Positions 45,259-54,687 of a stretch of 54,687 bases of DNA are shown piece by piece. The first letter of the stretch is position 1, and each line of letters begins with the position of its first letter. Source of the DNA: Sphingorhabdus sp. (lineage in GTDB: Bacteria; Pseudomonadota; Alphaproteobacteria; Sphingomonadales; Sphingomonadaceae). Made by a program: the position numbers and the translations under genes. Location of the stretch: assembly GCA_044374245.1 (NCBI GenBank), contig JBILOZ010000001.1, forward strand, positions 1 to 54,687, written 5' to 3'. The notes beneath the pieces were generated by a model. The model was not told the DNA's origin. It saw only the letters and a list, made by a program, of their open reading frames with translations, and did not search any database.

Positions 45259-46274
45259 TGCGTCTTGTAGTGCCGTTTGTGCTGGCTTTTGCAGCCGCCG
45301 TGGCCACTTCGGCTGCGTCGGATGATCCAGCAGCTGTTGCCATCGCTGGTCCGCAAAGTCCGGCGACTTTATCAGCCTTTGGCTTTTTCGACGGCGGCGC
45401 AGCACGGCCATCGCCCCGCCTGATACCTTATGAACTGCGTACCCCGCTGTTCAGCGATTATGCTGCAAAACAACGTTTCATTTTTGTGCCCGAGGGCACC
45501 CAAATTGGTGCGGATGCAGATGGCAAACTGATCTTCCCGGTCGGTAGCGCACTTATCAAGAGCTTCGGTTATCCGGCAAAGTCGGGTGGACTGAATGTCA
45601 TTGAAACGCGGGTCTTGTTACATCAAGCACAGGGCTGGGTTGCCTTGCCCTATGTTTGGCGCGCGGATGGTAAAGATGCGGATTTGCGCGTCGGCGGCAC
45701 CCGGGTGCCAGTGACCTTTGCCCATGGGGGTAACGACCGGTCGGTAAATTACAGCGTTCCGAACAAGAACCAGTGCAAGCAATGCCACTCGGCAGCAGGA
45801 AATATCATGCCGATCGGGCCAGTATGGCAAAATATGGCGTTTCCACGGGCGGCCGACGCACGCGCTATTGTAAAGGCAGTGCCGGCGCTTGCGCGGCTTC
45901 AGCCATATCCGAAATGGGATGACAGCCGCACCGGGTCACTGGACGACAGGGCGCAACAATATCTGAAGGTGAATTGCGGCCATTGTCATGCGCCCCATGG
46001 CTCTGCAAGCAATAGCGGCCTGTTTTTGGATGGTTCTGCGACGGGCGCTGCGGCACTAGGCATCGGCAAAAGGCCGGTTGCAGCGGGCAGGGCAAGCGGT
46101 GATCTTGATTTCATCATCGCACCCGGTCAGCCCGACCAGTCCATTTTGATAAAGCGCATGGAAAGCACCGATCCGGGCATCGCAATGCCAGAACTTGGCC
46201 GATCAACGGTGCATGAAGAAGGCGTGGAATTGTTGCGGCAATGGATAGCAGCCATGCCGTCCAATACTCACTGA
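45258..46274 (+). CDS. SO2930/TIGR03806-like diheme c-type cytochrome
   Basis: Signal peptide; PLFSDYAAKQRF; CKQCH and CGHCH heme motifs; MPELGR. Confidence 0.85.
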   Translation: MRLVVPFVLAFAAAVATSAASDDPAAVAIAGPQSPATLSAFGFFDGGAARPSPRLIPYELRTPLFSDYAAKQRFIFVPEGTQIGADADGKLIFPVGSALIKSFGYPAKSGGLNVIETRVLLHQAQGWVALPYVWRADGKDADLRVGGTRVPVTFAHGGNDRSVNYSVPNKNQCKQCHSAAGNIMPIGPVWQNMAFPRAADARAIVKAVPALARLQPYPKWDDSRTGSLDDRAQQYLKVNCGHCHAPHGSASNSGLFLDGSATGAAALGIGKRPVAAGRASGDLDFIIAPGQPDQSILIKRMESTDPGIAMPELGRSTVHEEGVELLRQWIAAMPSNTH

Positions 46275-46618
46275 CGCATGAGGCGCTTTAATTGATACTG
46301 GTTGCCATCCCAACCTTCAAACACCGCGCCGATGCCGGGGTGGCTGACCGGCCCTTGTTCGCAGTCTGACAGCAAATTTTGCTGGCTGACATAAGCGATA
46401 TAGCTGCTTTCGGCATTTTCAGCGAACAGGTGATAAAATGGCTGGTTTTTGATCGGCCGAATGGGCTCGGGTATCGATTCATACCACTCGTCGCTGTTGG
46501 CGAAGACGGGATCGATGTCGAAAACGACGCCGCGAAAGTCAAAAATGCGGTGGCGGACCACATCACCGATGGAAAATGCAGCTTCAGCTTGTTCAGGAAG
46601 GGGAATTTGTGACGTCAT
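46268..46618 (-). CDS. hspQ: Heat shock protein HspQ (YccV-like)
   Basis: FSIGDVVRHRIFDFRGVVFDIDP, QPFYHLFAEN, YIAYVSQQNL. Confidence 0.9.
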   Translation of the reverse strand: MTSQIPLPEQAEAAFSIGDVVRHRIFDFRGVVFDIDPVFANSDEWYESIPEPIRPIKNQPFYHLFAENAESSYIAYVSQQNLLSDCEQGPVSHPGIGAVFEGWDGNQYQLKRLMRQ

Positions 46619-46750
46619 GGGACTAATATCATGCCTAATGCCGTGCAAATCAACCTTCAGTCTTGGCAAAGCGAAAAACATCAGTTAATGGCCCCGCTCT
46701 GTCATCAGGACGCGCCGGTTTTCCGGCAATGACCAGTCCTAATGATTTGC

Positions 46751-46840
46751 GGAGAGATGGCTGAGTGGTCGAAAGCACCGCACTCGAAATGCGGCGTGCC
46801 GGTGACGGTACCTAGGGTTCGAATCCCTATCTCTCCGCCA
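46751..46840 (+). tRNA. tRNA-Ser (anticodon CGA)
   Basis: GGAGAGA/TCTCTCC acceptor stem plus GCCA end; anticodon arm CCGCA-CT-CGA-AA-TGCGG; long variable arm; GGTTCGAATCC T-loop. Confidence 0.96.
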
Positions 46841-47022
46841 ATTATTTCTTAACCACAGCATCCCAGCAAAACTGTGGATCCTCAGGGGTTTATGGCCCTT
46901 AAATCTGGATGGAAGAGTGTGCTCGCGCTGGACACAGGCATCTTTCAGTAATTAAGCACTGCTGTGACGGCATCGGCATAATGACCTACGCGCGCTGCGC
47001 GCTGCGGCGGGCCTTCGGAGCG

Positions 47023-47967
47023 TTAGCCCACTTGAGCAGTGACGCCATTTGGCGTGAAATGCACATCTGACTTAAGGGCATCGACCGCCGTTGCGGCTTC
47101 CTGTTCCATTTCCTGAAGATAGGCAAATCGATGCTCCAAGAAGTCGGCTTCACTGACTTTTTCAAGCCGTCCACATAGCCGCGATAGTGAACGGGCGCCC
47201 ATATTGTTGCCGGAGCTTTTGAACGCATGTGCGCAGAAGCGGAATTCGGAAACATCGCCGTCCGCAACCGCTTTACGCAAGGGACCCAGCGTTTGTTCGA
47301 CATCCTCGACAAAGCCTTCAATCATCGTGTCCACGAATGCCTGATCTCCGATAGACAGAAGATACTGGATTTGATCTTTGTCGATCGGCGCATCCGCGGA
47401 TGGAACATCTGCAAAGTTGGGTGCGATTGTATGCAATGGATCGATTGGCAATGCCTGCTGAATTAACGGCCCATTTGTTTCGACGCCGCAATATTTCTCG
47501 ATGGCGTTGAGAAGTATTTGCGCATCTACTGGCTTAGTGATGCGCATATCCATTCCGGCGTTTCGGCACTTGGTTTCCGTTTCTGAAGTCGCGTCGGCTG
47601 TTACGCCGATAATCGGCAGATGGTTTCGTCCGCCTTCCAGCTCACGCCATATGGAACAGGTGTCGATGCCGTTAAGTCGCGGCATGTTCACATCGATCAG
47701 CAATATATCGATGCCACCCTTTTTCATTTCCTCAAGCGCCTCATCGCCGTCGGTCACCATGACAACTATGTGGCCCGCAGCTTCCAAAATGGCGGCTAGT
47801 ACGTTCCGGCTCGTCCGGTTGTCATCCGCCACCAATATGCGTTTTGGCGTGTAGCGCGTGGCCGAAGGTATTTCGACGCGGTGCGTACTGCCTTTGGAGG
47901 TTCGTTTGCGCAGGATATCCTGTTCAGGCGTTAAATGACCGCGTAGCTTTTTCAAAAAGGACCTCAT
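47023..47967 (-). CDS. Stand-alone REC + HPt phosphorelay protein
   Basis: ILVADDN...IDVNMP...VTAD...KP receiver; AHAFKSSGNNMGA HPt motif; no HisKA or HATPase domain. Confidence 0.85.
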   Translation of the reverse strand: MRSFLKKLRGHLTPEQDILRKRTSKGSTHRVEIPSATRYTPKRILVADDNRTSRNVLAAILEAAGHIVVMVTDGDEALEEMKKGGIDILLIDVNMPRLNGIDTCSIWRELEGGRNHLPIIGVTADATSETETKCRNAGMDMRITKPVDAQILLNAIEKYCGVETNGPLIQQALPIDPLHTIAPNFADVPSADAPIDKDQIQYLLSIGDQAFVDTMIEGFVEDVEQTLGPLRKAVADGDVSEFRFCAHAFKSSGNNMGARSLSRLCGRLEKVSEADFLEHRFAYLQEMEQEAATAVDALKSDVHFTPNGVTAQVG

Positions 47968-50105
47968 TTTGCTGCTAGCCTGAACGGCTGGGCACCGCCC
48001 TTAAACAAACTGTGCAGGTCATAGACAGAAAGCGGACGCCCCATCAGATATCCTTGAACCTCATCGCAACCGGAAGCGCGTAGAAGCGTGAACTGGGCCG
48101 CTGTCTCAACGCCCTCTGCGACGACCCGCATATTCAGCGCATGCGCCAAATGGCCGATAGTGGAGATGATGGCGCGATCCGTTGCGGACGTTTCGATCCG
48201 CGCGATGAAGGTTTGATCAATTTTTAAACGGGTGGCCGGCAGGTCTCGCAAATATTGAAGTGATGAATAGCCCGTGCCAAAATCGTCGATCGAAATTTGA
48301 ATGCCGCCCGCGCGCAACGTTGCCAATTGCTCGCGTACCTTCGGGCTGTTGTCAATTAACAGCTCTTCGGTAATTTCAATCGCCAGCTTGCCGGGGGGAA
48401 TGGCATATTTCGCGGCCAGATCGAGTATTTCGGAACACATGGCGGCATATTCAAACTGCTTAGGCGATACATTGACGGCTATATGTGGAAGCTCAATGCC
48501 TTCTTCGGCAAACAACGCGATCTGTTTGCACACGGCTTCAATGACCCATGTACCGATACGGCCAATTAAGCCGGAGTCATTGGCCACTTTGATAAAATCG
48601 GACGGGTACAAGCGTCCCCTGACCGGATGGTTCCACCGCAATAGAGCCTCAAGGCCTACATAATTGCCTGACGCTGTATCGACGATCGGCTGATATTCCA
48701 GGAACAACTGATCGCTGATGAGCGCGTCACGCAGGTCGCTCTCGATACCTGCATTCAATTGCGCGATGTGGTTCATGTGCGGGGAAAAGAAGCAGAAGCA
48801 ATTTCGGCCAGCCGATTTGGCCTCATACATGGCAAGGTCCGCCAGACGCAGCAGTTCGTCGGGGGAGGTGCCGTCTTCGGGAATAAGCGCGATACCAATG
48901 CTGGCGCCGATGAGTTGCTCAACCCCGCCAATCATATAGGGATCACCGATTGTTGCGAGCAGCTTGGTACACACGGCTGCGGCTTTATTATTGTCCTCGA
49001 GATTTTGGAGAACAATGGCGAATTCGTCCCCGCCGATGCGCGCGGCAAAGCCGTTGCTGTCCAGTGCGGAGGTAAGACGTTCAGCGACCTGGCGCAGCAA
49101 AATATCACCTGTCTGGTGCCCGCGCGTGTCGTTAATGACTTTAAATCTATCAAGGTCGAGCAGCAGCAGCGCCGCAACCTTGCCGCTTGCCTTGCTCTCA
49201 TCGATAGCGGTGCGCATCCATTGTGCGAGCAACGTGCGATTGGGAAGGCCCGTGAGCATATCATGCAAGGCAAGATGCGTTCGGTGCTCTTCGGCAAATT
49301 TGCGCGCCGTGATATCAAGGCCGGTCGTCAGGACGCCTATGATCTGGTTATCTTTGTTCCGCAGCGGTGATTTGTTGCAGTGAAAAATGAGATCAATGCC
49401 TTCACTGACAAACTTTTCTTCGAAATTAGGTAGAGAAATTTCCTTCTCCAAAATGACGGTATTCCGGCGCGTTTCGCGTTCAAGCAATTCGGGTTCCATG
49501 ATGTCCGAGATGGGACGACCGACCAGTTGATCGGGGTCGCGACCGAAAAGTGCTGCCTGATAGGAATTTAAAAACAGGAATTTACCGTTTCGGTCAGTCG
49601 CGTTGATTAAAATCGGGGTCGTGTCGATGATTTGCTCCAGCATCGACTTGCCGCTTTTATCATCGCCTTCCTTGGTATCTGCGCCTGTCCGATTGGCCTC
49701 AAGTGATTGCTTGAGCTCCTGCTGCCGATAATGCTGGCCCAAGAGCAATAATGCCCGTTCGCGAAATTCGATGTGGGATACGGGCGTTTGCAAAAAGTCG
49801 GTCGCGCCGGCATCCAGCGCTTTAATGCGGCATTCCCGGTCTTGCCGTGCCGTAATGATAATCGCAGGAATATGCGCGCCAACGGTGCGTGAACGGATTT
49901 TACTAATGAATTCCGCACCATTCATGTCGGGCATGCGGTAGTCGACCACAAGCAGGTCTGCGGGCTCGGTCTCAAGCCATTGCAAAGCATCAATCGCGCT
50001 GTGAAAACACTTCGCGGAGAACTCCGGACCCATCATCGCAACATATTGCGCGTAAACGCGTAAGTTGGTCGATCTGTCGTCTACAATGACAATGCGCGCA
50101 TGCAT
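47964..50105 (-). CDS. REC-PAS-GGDEF-EAL c-di-GMP signalling protein
   Basis: IVDD...VDYRMP receiver, PAS/PAC ending DIT, HDMLTGLPNR, GGDEF, EAL, DDFGTGYSS, EGVE, QGY. Confidence 0.92.
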   Translation of the reverse strand: MHARIVIVDDRSTNLRVYAQYVAMMGPEFSAKCFHSAIDALQWLETEPADLLVVDYRMPDMNGAEFISKIRSRTVGAHIPAIIITARQDRECRIKALDAGATDFLQTPVSHIEFRERALLLLGQHYRQQELKQSLEANRTGADTKEGDDKSGKSMLEQIIDTTPILINATDRNGKFLFLNSYQAALFGRDPDQLVGRPISDIMEPELLERETRRNTVILEKEISLPNFEEKFVSEGIDLIFHCNKSPLRNKDNQIIGVLTTGLDITARKFAEEHRTHLALHDMLTGLPNRTLLAQWMRTAIDESKASGKVAALLLLDLDRFKVINDTRGHQTGDILLRQVAERLTSALDSNGFAARIGGDEFAIVLQNLEDNNKAAAVCTKLLATIGDPYMIGGVEQLIGASIGIALIPEDGTSPDELLRLADLAMYEAKSAGRNCFCFFSPHMNHIAQLNAGIESDLRDALISDQLFLEYQPIVDTASGNYVGLEALLRWNHPVRGRLYPSDFIKVANDSGLIGRIGTWVIEAVCKQIALFAEEGIELPHIAVNVSPKQFEYAAMCSEILDLAAKYAIPPGKLAIEITEELLIDNSPKVREQLATLRAGGIQISIDDFGTGYSSLQYLRDLPATRLKIDQTFIARIETSATDRAIISTIGHLAHALNMRVVAEGVETAAQFTLLRASGCDEVQGYLMGRPLSVYDLHSLFKGGAQPFRLAAK

Positions 50106-50135
50106 AGCACGGCGGTATCGGCATAACCTCAAGGA

Positions 50136-50143
50136 ATGGTTAA
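50136..50143 (-). promoter_or_regulatory. Candidate CtrA site upstream of the GGDEF/EAL gene
   Basis: Minus strand TTAACCAT, which extends to TTAA-N7-TTGA. Confidence 0.4.
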
Positions 50144-50244
50144 GCAGCTTTTCGTATTTCGCGGGCTATGTGCCCGTGCACCTGACCGAAGGTGTTTGCA
50201 TTCCGACAGTTGCCAAAAACATGCGCTGGCCTTAGCGGTGGGGT

Positions 50245-51177
50245 ATGCACACTACGCCTCATTATGAAGAGCAATATTTATCGTTGATGCGCCGCATTTG
50301 GCACGAGGGCGCTGTTCAGCGCGATCGGACGGGCGTTGGCACCAAAGCATTGTTCGGCGCCACTATGCGCTTCTCGCTGGCGGACGATTCCATTCCGCTG
50401 CTGACCACCAAGCGGGTGTACTGGAAAACTGCGGCGCGCGAGATGCTGTGGTTTTTGACCGGCAACACAAATATCCAACCCTTGCTTCAACAGAATGTCA
50501 AAATCTGGACCGACTGGCCATTGGCGCGATATCGGCGCGAAACGGGCGAAAACATCACGCAGGATGCATTTGAGCAGCGCATTGTCGAAGATGATGCCTT
50601 TGCCGCGCAATGGGGCGATTTGGGTCCAGTCTATGGCGCGCAGTGGGTCAACTGGCCGCGATATGAGGCGACCGACAACGGGCTATTCCGACGCGCCGAG
50701 AAGGGCATCGATCAAGTCAGTCTGCTGGTTGAAAGTTTGAAGAATAACCCGGGTTCGCGCCGCCACATCATCGAAGGGTGGAATGTCGCTGAACTCGACC
50801 AAATGGCGCTTCCGCCTTGCCACAAAACATATCAGTTCCATGTCGCGGACAATGTATTGAGCTGCATATTGTTTCAGCGTTCTTGCGACCTTGGACTTGG
50901 ATTTGCGTTCAACGCCTTTTCTGCTGCCTTGTTGACGCGGATGCTCGCCGCGGTCTGTGGGTACAAGGCTGGCGAGCTGATCTGGCAGGGTGGCGACGTG
51001 CATTTATATCTGAACCATGCACCTTTGGTTGAGGAGCAGTTGAGCCGCACGCCGTCGGGCAACCCAAAGCTAAAGCTTTTGCGGACGCCCGACAGCATTT
51101 TTGATTTCGGCATCGACGATTTTGAAGTGTCGGATTATCATCCACAATCGCACATTTCTGCGCCCGTTGCGGTCTAA
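50245..51177 (+). CDS. thyA: Thymidylate synthase
   Basis: DRTGVGT, PLLTTKR, LGPVYG, MALPPCH, QRSCD, DVHLY. Confidence 0.96.
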   Translation: MHTTPHYEEQYLSLMRRIWHEGAVQRDRTGVGTKALFGATMRFSLADDSIPLLTTKRVYWKTAAREMLWFLTGNTNIQPLLQQNVKIWTDWPLARYRRETGENITQDAFEQRIVEDDAFAAQWGDLGPVYGAQWVNWPRYEATDNGLFRRAEKGIDQVSLLVESLKNNPGSRRHIIEGWNVAELDQMALPPCHKTYQFHVADNVLSCILFQRSCDLGLGFAFNAFSAALLTRMLAAVCGYKAGELIWQGGDVHLYLNHAPLVEEQLSRTPSGNPKLKLLRTPDSIFDFGIDDFEVSDYHPQSHISAPVAV

Positions 51178-51198
51178 TTGCTCATTAGGACAGCTATA

Positions 51199-51227
51199 TT
51201 GACCTAAAGGACTGTTTGAAATATTAT
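51199..51227 (+). promoter_or_regulatory. Candidate sigma70-type promoter of the bkd operon
   Basis: TTGACC-17 nt-TATTAT. Confidence 0.5.
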
Positions 51228-51280
51228 AACAACCGTGGATAAAAAACTACCTGAGTCGTTTCGGGTATATAACTGCGGAG

Positions 51281-52573
51281 ATGGTGATGGTGCACGGTAT
51301 CAAGGACAATCTCGCGCCGCTTTATCTCCACGTGCCGGAACCCAAGTTTCGCCCCGGCGATAAGGCCGATTTTAGCGACATCATTGTGCCCGAAGTGGAC
51401 GCCATAACGCGTCCGGATGAACACGCCAGCCCGGCGGATATACATGCACTGGCCTATGGCCTTGTCCGCGTTTTGGGCGATGATAATCAGGCCGTTGGCA
51501 GTTGGAACCCCGGGCTCGATGCCGACACGCTGCGCGCCATGCTGCGCAAGATGCTGCTATTGCGTGCCTTTGATGACCGGATGTTCCGGGCACAGCGTCA
51601 GGGCAAAACCAGTTTCTATATGAAGTCCTTTGGTGAGGAAGCGACGTCAGTTGCAACCACGATGGCGCTGCATTCGGATGACATGTGTTTTCCAAGCTAT
51701 CGCCAGCAAGGCATTCTGATTACGCGAGATTATCCGCTGGTTGATATGATGAACCAGATTTATTCCAACAGTGGCGATCGTCTGAAGGGCCGCCAGCTGC
51801 CCATCATGTACTCGGCCAAGGATTACGGATTTTTCAGTATTTCTGGCAATTTGACAACGCAATATCCGCAGGCGGTCGGTTGGGCCATGGCGTCTGCATC
51901 GCGCGTCGATACCCGTATCTCGGCCGTTTGGTGTGGTGACGGGTCGACCGCGGAAGGTGACTTTCACAGCGCGCTGACATTTGCCGCTGTATATAATGCG
52001 CCGGTTATCTTTCAGGTGGTGAACAACCAGTGGGCGATATCGTCATTCTCCGGTTTTGCAGGGAGTGAGCGGACAACGTTCGCCGCCCGTGCGATCGGAT
52101 ATGGCATCGCTGGACTGCGCGTGGACGGCAATGATGCGCTGGCCGTTTTTGCAGCCATGCAGTGGGCGGCCAATCGCGCGCGCACCAATGGTGGGCCAAC
52201 ATTGATCGAATATTTCACCTATCGCGGGGAAGGGCATTCGACGTCGGATGACCCCGGTGCCTATCGTGCGGCGGAAGAATATGCCCTGTGGCCGCTTGGC
52301 GACCCTGTGACGCGCCTTAAGGATCATTTGATAGCCATTGGGGCGTGGAGTGACGAACAGCATGAGGCGCTCATTCTGGAGCTGTCGGATTTCGTAAAGG
52401 CGTCCCAGAAGGAGGCGGAGCAGAATGGGATTTTAGGCCACGGTCTGCATCACCCAATGGAAAGCATGTTCGAAGATGTGTTCGAGGAAATGCCATGGCA
52501 TTTGAAAGAGCAATGCGAACAAATGTTGGAAGAACAACGCGACAAATTTGGCCCTGAATGGGAGGCGCGCTGA
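51281..52573 (+). CDS. bkdA1: Branched-chain 2-oxoacid dehydrogenase E1 alpha
   Basis: RQGKTSFYM, GRQLPIMY, GDGSTAEGDF...NNQWAIS TPP motif, HSTSDDP. Confidence 0.92.
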   Translation: MVMVHGIKDNLAPLYLHVPEPKFRPGDKADFSDIIVPEVDAITRPDEHASPADIHALAYGLVRVLGDDNQAVGSWNPGLDADTLRAMLRKMLLLRAFDDRMFRAQRQGKTSFYMKSFGEEATSVATTMALHSDDMCFPSYRQQGILITRDYPLVDMMNQIYSNSGDRLKGRQLPIMYSAKDYGFFSISGNLTTQYPQAVGWAMASASRVDTRISAVWCGDGSTAEGDFHSALTFAAVYNAPVIFQVVNNQWAISSFSGFAGSERTTFAARAIGYGIAGLRVDGNDALAVFAAMQWAANRARTNGGPTLIEYFTYRGEGHSTSDDPGAYRAAEEYALWPLGDPVTRLKDHLIAIGAWSDEQHEALILELSDFVKASQKEAEQNGILGHGLHHPMESMFEDVFEEMPWHLKEQCEQMLEEQRDKFGPEWEAR

Positions 52574-53601
52574 TGACTGAACCGCTAACCAAAACGATGA
52601 ACATGATTGAGGCGATCAATAGCGCACTCGACGTGATGCTTGCGAAAGACCCCGAAGTTGTCATCATGGGGGAAGACGTTGGCTATTTCGGCGGCGTGTT
52701 CCGCGCGACTGCGGGGCTTCAGAAAAAGCATGGCAAAACCCGTGTTTTTGATACGCCCATCAGCGAGTGCGGCATCATCGGCGTTGGTGTTGGCATGGCG
52801 GCCTATGGCCTTCGCCCCGTGCCCGAAATACAATTTGCCGATTACATCTATCCCGGCCTTGACCAGTTGGTCAGTGAGGCTGCGCGCATGCGCTATCGTT
52901 CCGCCAATGACTTCATTTGCCCCATGACCGTGCGTTCGCCCTTTGGCGGTGGCATATTTGGCGGGCAAACGCATAGCCAAAGCCCAGAAAGCCTGTTCAC
53001 GCATGTCTGCGGGATTAAGACGGTTATTCCCGCGACACCTTATGATGCAAAGGGGCTGTTGATTGCGGCTATCGAAGACAATGACCCCGTCGTGTTTTTT
53101 GAACCCAAGCGGATCTATAATGGCCCGTTCAGCGGCTATTATGACCGTCCGGTCGAACCATGGTCAAAACATGACGGCAGCGCCGTTCCAGAAGGCTATT
53201 ATCGCATCGATTTAGGCAAGGCGGCGGTCGTGCGGGAAGGGCAGGCTGTCACGGTCCTGACCTACGGCACGATGGTGCATGTGGTTAAAGCCGTCGTCGC
53301 CGAGCATGGCATTGACGCCGAAATCATCGACCTGCGGACATTATTGCCTTTGGACATCGAAACCATTGAGGCATCGGTCAAGAAAACGGGCCGCTGTATG
53401 GTTGTGCATGAAGCGACCCGTACCAGCGGCTTTGGCGCTGAATTGGCTGCGCAGGTGCAGGAACGGTGCTTTTATCACCTCGAGGCACCAATAGAGCGCG
53501 TGACAGGATTTGATACGCCATATCCACACAGCCTCGAATGGGCATATTTCCCCGGCCCCGTGCGGCTCGCCCGCGCATTTGACAAGATCATGAAGGACTG
53601 A
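52573..53601 (+). CDS. bkdA2: Branched-chain 2-oxoacid dehydrogenase E1 beta
   Basis: GEDVGYFGGVFR, DTPISE, EIQFADY, GGQTHSQSPE. Confidence 0.92.
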   Translation: MTEPLTKTMNMIEAINSALDVMLAKDPEVVIMGEDVGYFGGVFRATAGLQKKHGKTRVFDTPISECGIIGVGVGMAAYGLRPVPEIQFADYIYPGLDQLVSEAARMRYRSANDFICPMTVRSPFGGGIFGGQTHSQSPESLFTHVCGIKTVIPATPYDAKGLLIAAIEDNDPVVFFEPKRIYNGPFSGYYDRPVEPWSKHDGSAVPEGYYRIDLGKAAVVREGQAVTVLTYGTMVHVVKAVVAEHGIDAEIIDLRTLLPLDIETIEASVKKTGRCMVVHEATRTSGFGAELAAQVQERCFYHLEAPIERVTGFDTPYPHSLEWAYFPGPVRLARAFDKIMKD

Positions 53602-53605
53602 CTTT

Positions 53606-54687
53606 ATGCCGACATTCACATTCAACTTGCCCGATATTGGTGAAGGCATAGCCGAGGCAGAAATCGTTGCATGGCATGTAAAGGTTGGCGACAAGATTTC
53701 TGAAGATCAGCCGCTGGCCGACATGATGACCGACAAAGCAACCGTCGAAATGGAAAGCCCGGTGGCGGGAATCGTGACCAAGGTTGCTGGCGAGGCAGGC
53801 GATGTCATCGCCATCGGATCCATGCTCGTGGAGATTGAAACCGCGACTGACGTCAGTCAGGCGGAAAGCATGGTGCAGGTAGACGCTGTTGCGACGGTCG
53901 AAGACGAACTGCCACATGCGCCTGAGCCAGCCGCTGCGGAACCCGAGGTCGTGCCGGAAAGGCCTGCATCTGCGCCGGCCCCGTTGCCTAACGTAAGCGC
54001 CGACCATAAGATTACGGCGTCGCCCGCGGTACGCCAGCGTGCCAAGGAACTGGGCGTTGAATTGAGTGACGTCAAGGCGGCGGGTGGGCATGTCCGGCAC
54101 GCGGATCTCGACGCGTTTTTGGCCTATGGAAGCGGGCAGGGCTATCGCGCACCCCATATCAGCGCGCGCCGTGACGACGAGAATGTCAAAGTCATCGGCA
54201 TGCGCCGGCGTATTGCGGACAATATGGCCGCGTCCAAACGCCACATCCCGCATTTCACTTATGTCGAAGAAATTGACGTCACCGCGATTGAAGCGATGCG
54301 CGCCGATCTGAACGCCAATCGCGGCGCAAGGCCAAAGCTGACGATGCTCCCATTGCTTATCGTGGCGATCTGCAAGACGATCCCGCAATTCCCGATGATC
54401 AACGCCCGTTACGACGATGAAAATGGCGTTGTGACGCGCCATGGCGCGGTGCATTTGGGCATGGCGACGCAAACCGATGCCGGATTGATGGTCCCCGTCA
54501 TCCGCGATGCGCAAGACAAAAATATCTGGCAGCTTGCGATGGAGATTGCGCGCCTTGCCGACGCTGCACGGAGCGGTACAGCGAAAAGTGAAGAGCTGTC
54601 GGGCTCCACGCTTACGGTGACGTCACTTGGCCCCTTGGGCGGCATTGTGACCACGCCTGTCATCAATCGCCCTGAGGTTGCGATCAT
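53606..54687 (+). CDS. bkdB: Dihydrolipoamide acyltransferase E2, 3'-truncated by the window edge (not in the ORF track)
   Basis: ATG 53606: MPTFTFNLPDIGEGIAEAEIVAWHVKVGD...MTDKATVE lipoyl domain; ASPAVRQRA E3-binding segment; frame continues to the window end. Confidence 0.92.
   Translation, partial: MPTFTFNLPDIGEGIAEAEIVAWHVKVGDKISEDQPLADMMTDKATVEMESPVAGIVTKVAGEAGDVIAIGSMLVEIETATDVSQAESMVQVDAVATVEDELPHAPEPAAAEPEVVPERPASAPAPLPNVSADHKITASPAVRQRAKELGVELSDVKAAGGHVRHADLDAFLAYGSGQGYRAPHISARRDDENVKVIGMRRRIADNMAASKRHIPHFTYVEEIDVTAIEAMRADLNANRGARPKLTMLPLLIVAICKTIPQFPMINARYDDENGVVTRHGAVHLGMATQTDAGLMVPVIRDAQDKNIWQLAMEIARLADAARSGTAKSEELSGSTLTVTSLGPLGGIVTTPVINRPEVAI

Noticed and set aside
46751-50244. 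Genomic island integrated at tRNA-Ser
   Set aside because: No integrase, and I found no repeat of the tRNA 3' end in the 50106-50244 gap; the downstream genes are ordinary signalling genes.
53588-54514. 308-aa minus-strand ORF and similar long antisense ORFs (e.g. 41481-42368, 33664-34554)
   Set aside because: These are shadow frames of well-supported genes on the opposite strand and have no motifs of their own.

Overview
A densely packed, mostly core-genome segment of an alphaproteobacterium. Gene content and protein sequences suggest Sphingomonadales (inferred by eye). Housekeeping genes: pnp (3' part), bamD-recN-hyp-ligA, phhA, prmA, sdhCDA (no sdhB), aceA with a divergent RamB/ScfR-type regulator, glmM-thiD-rnhB-ccrM-folP, coxIV-pntAA-pntAB-pntB, hspQ, tRNA-Ser(CGA), thyA and the start of the bkd operon. 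I saw no integrase, transposase, prophage or CRISPR array. The main signals are as follows. (1) A collapsed PEP-CTERM regulatory locus at 22.7-24.2 kb: a TGT-N11-ACA box, then an unannotated 42-aa ORF that looks like the N-terminus of the TIGR03013 sugar transferase joined to a PrsK-like tail, then a PrsR whose receiver domain appears to have lost the phosphoacceptor segment by in-frame deletion. (2) A second kinase-less signalling pair (REC-PAS-GGDEF-EAL plus stand-alone REC-HPt, RpfG/RpfC-like). (3) Eight GANTC sites in about 165 bp just upstream of ccrM. (4) Small ORFs missed by the ORF track: 52 aa after aceA and a 44-aa CoxIV before pntA. (5) A probable premature TAG in the peptide transporter. 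(6) A ThiD-VOC fusion, a His-free globin-like chemoreceptor and a B3 metallo-beta-lactamase. All family assignments come from motif recognition by eye, not from database searches.
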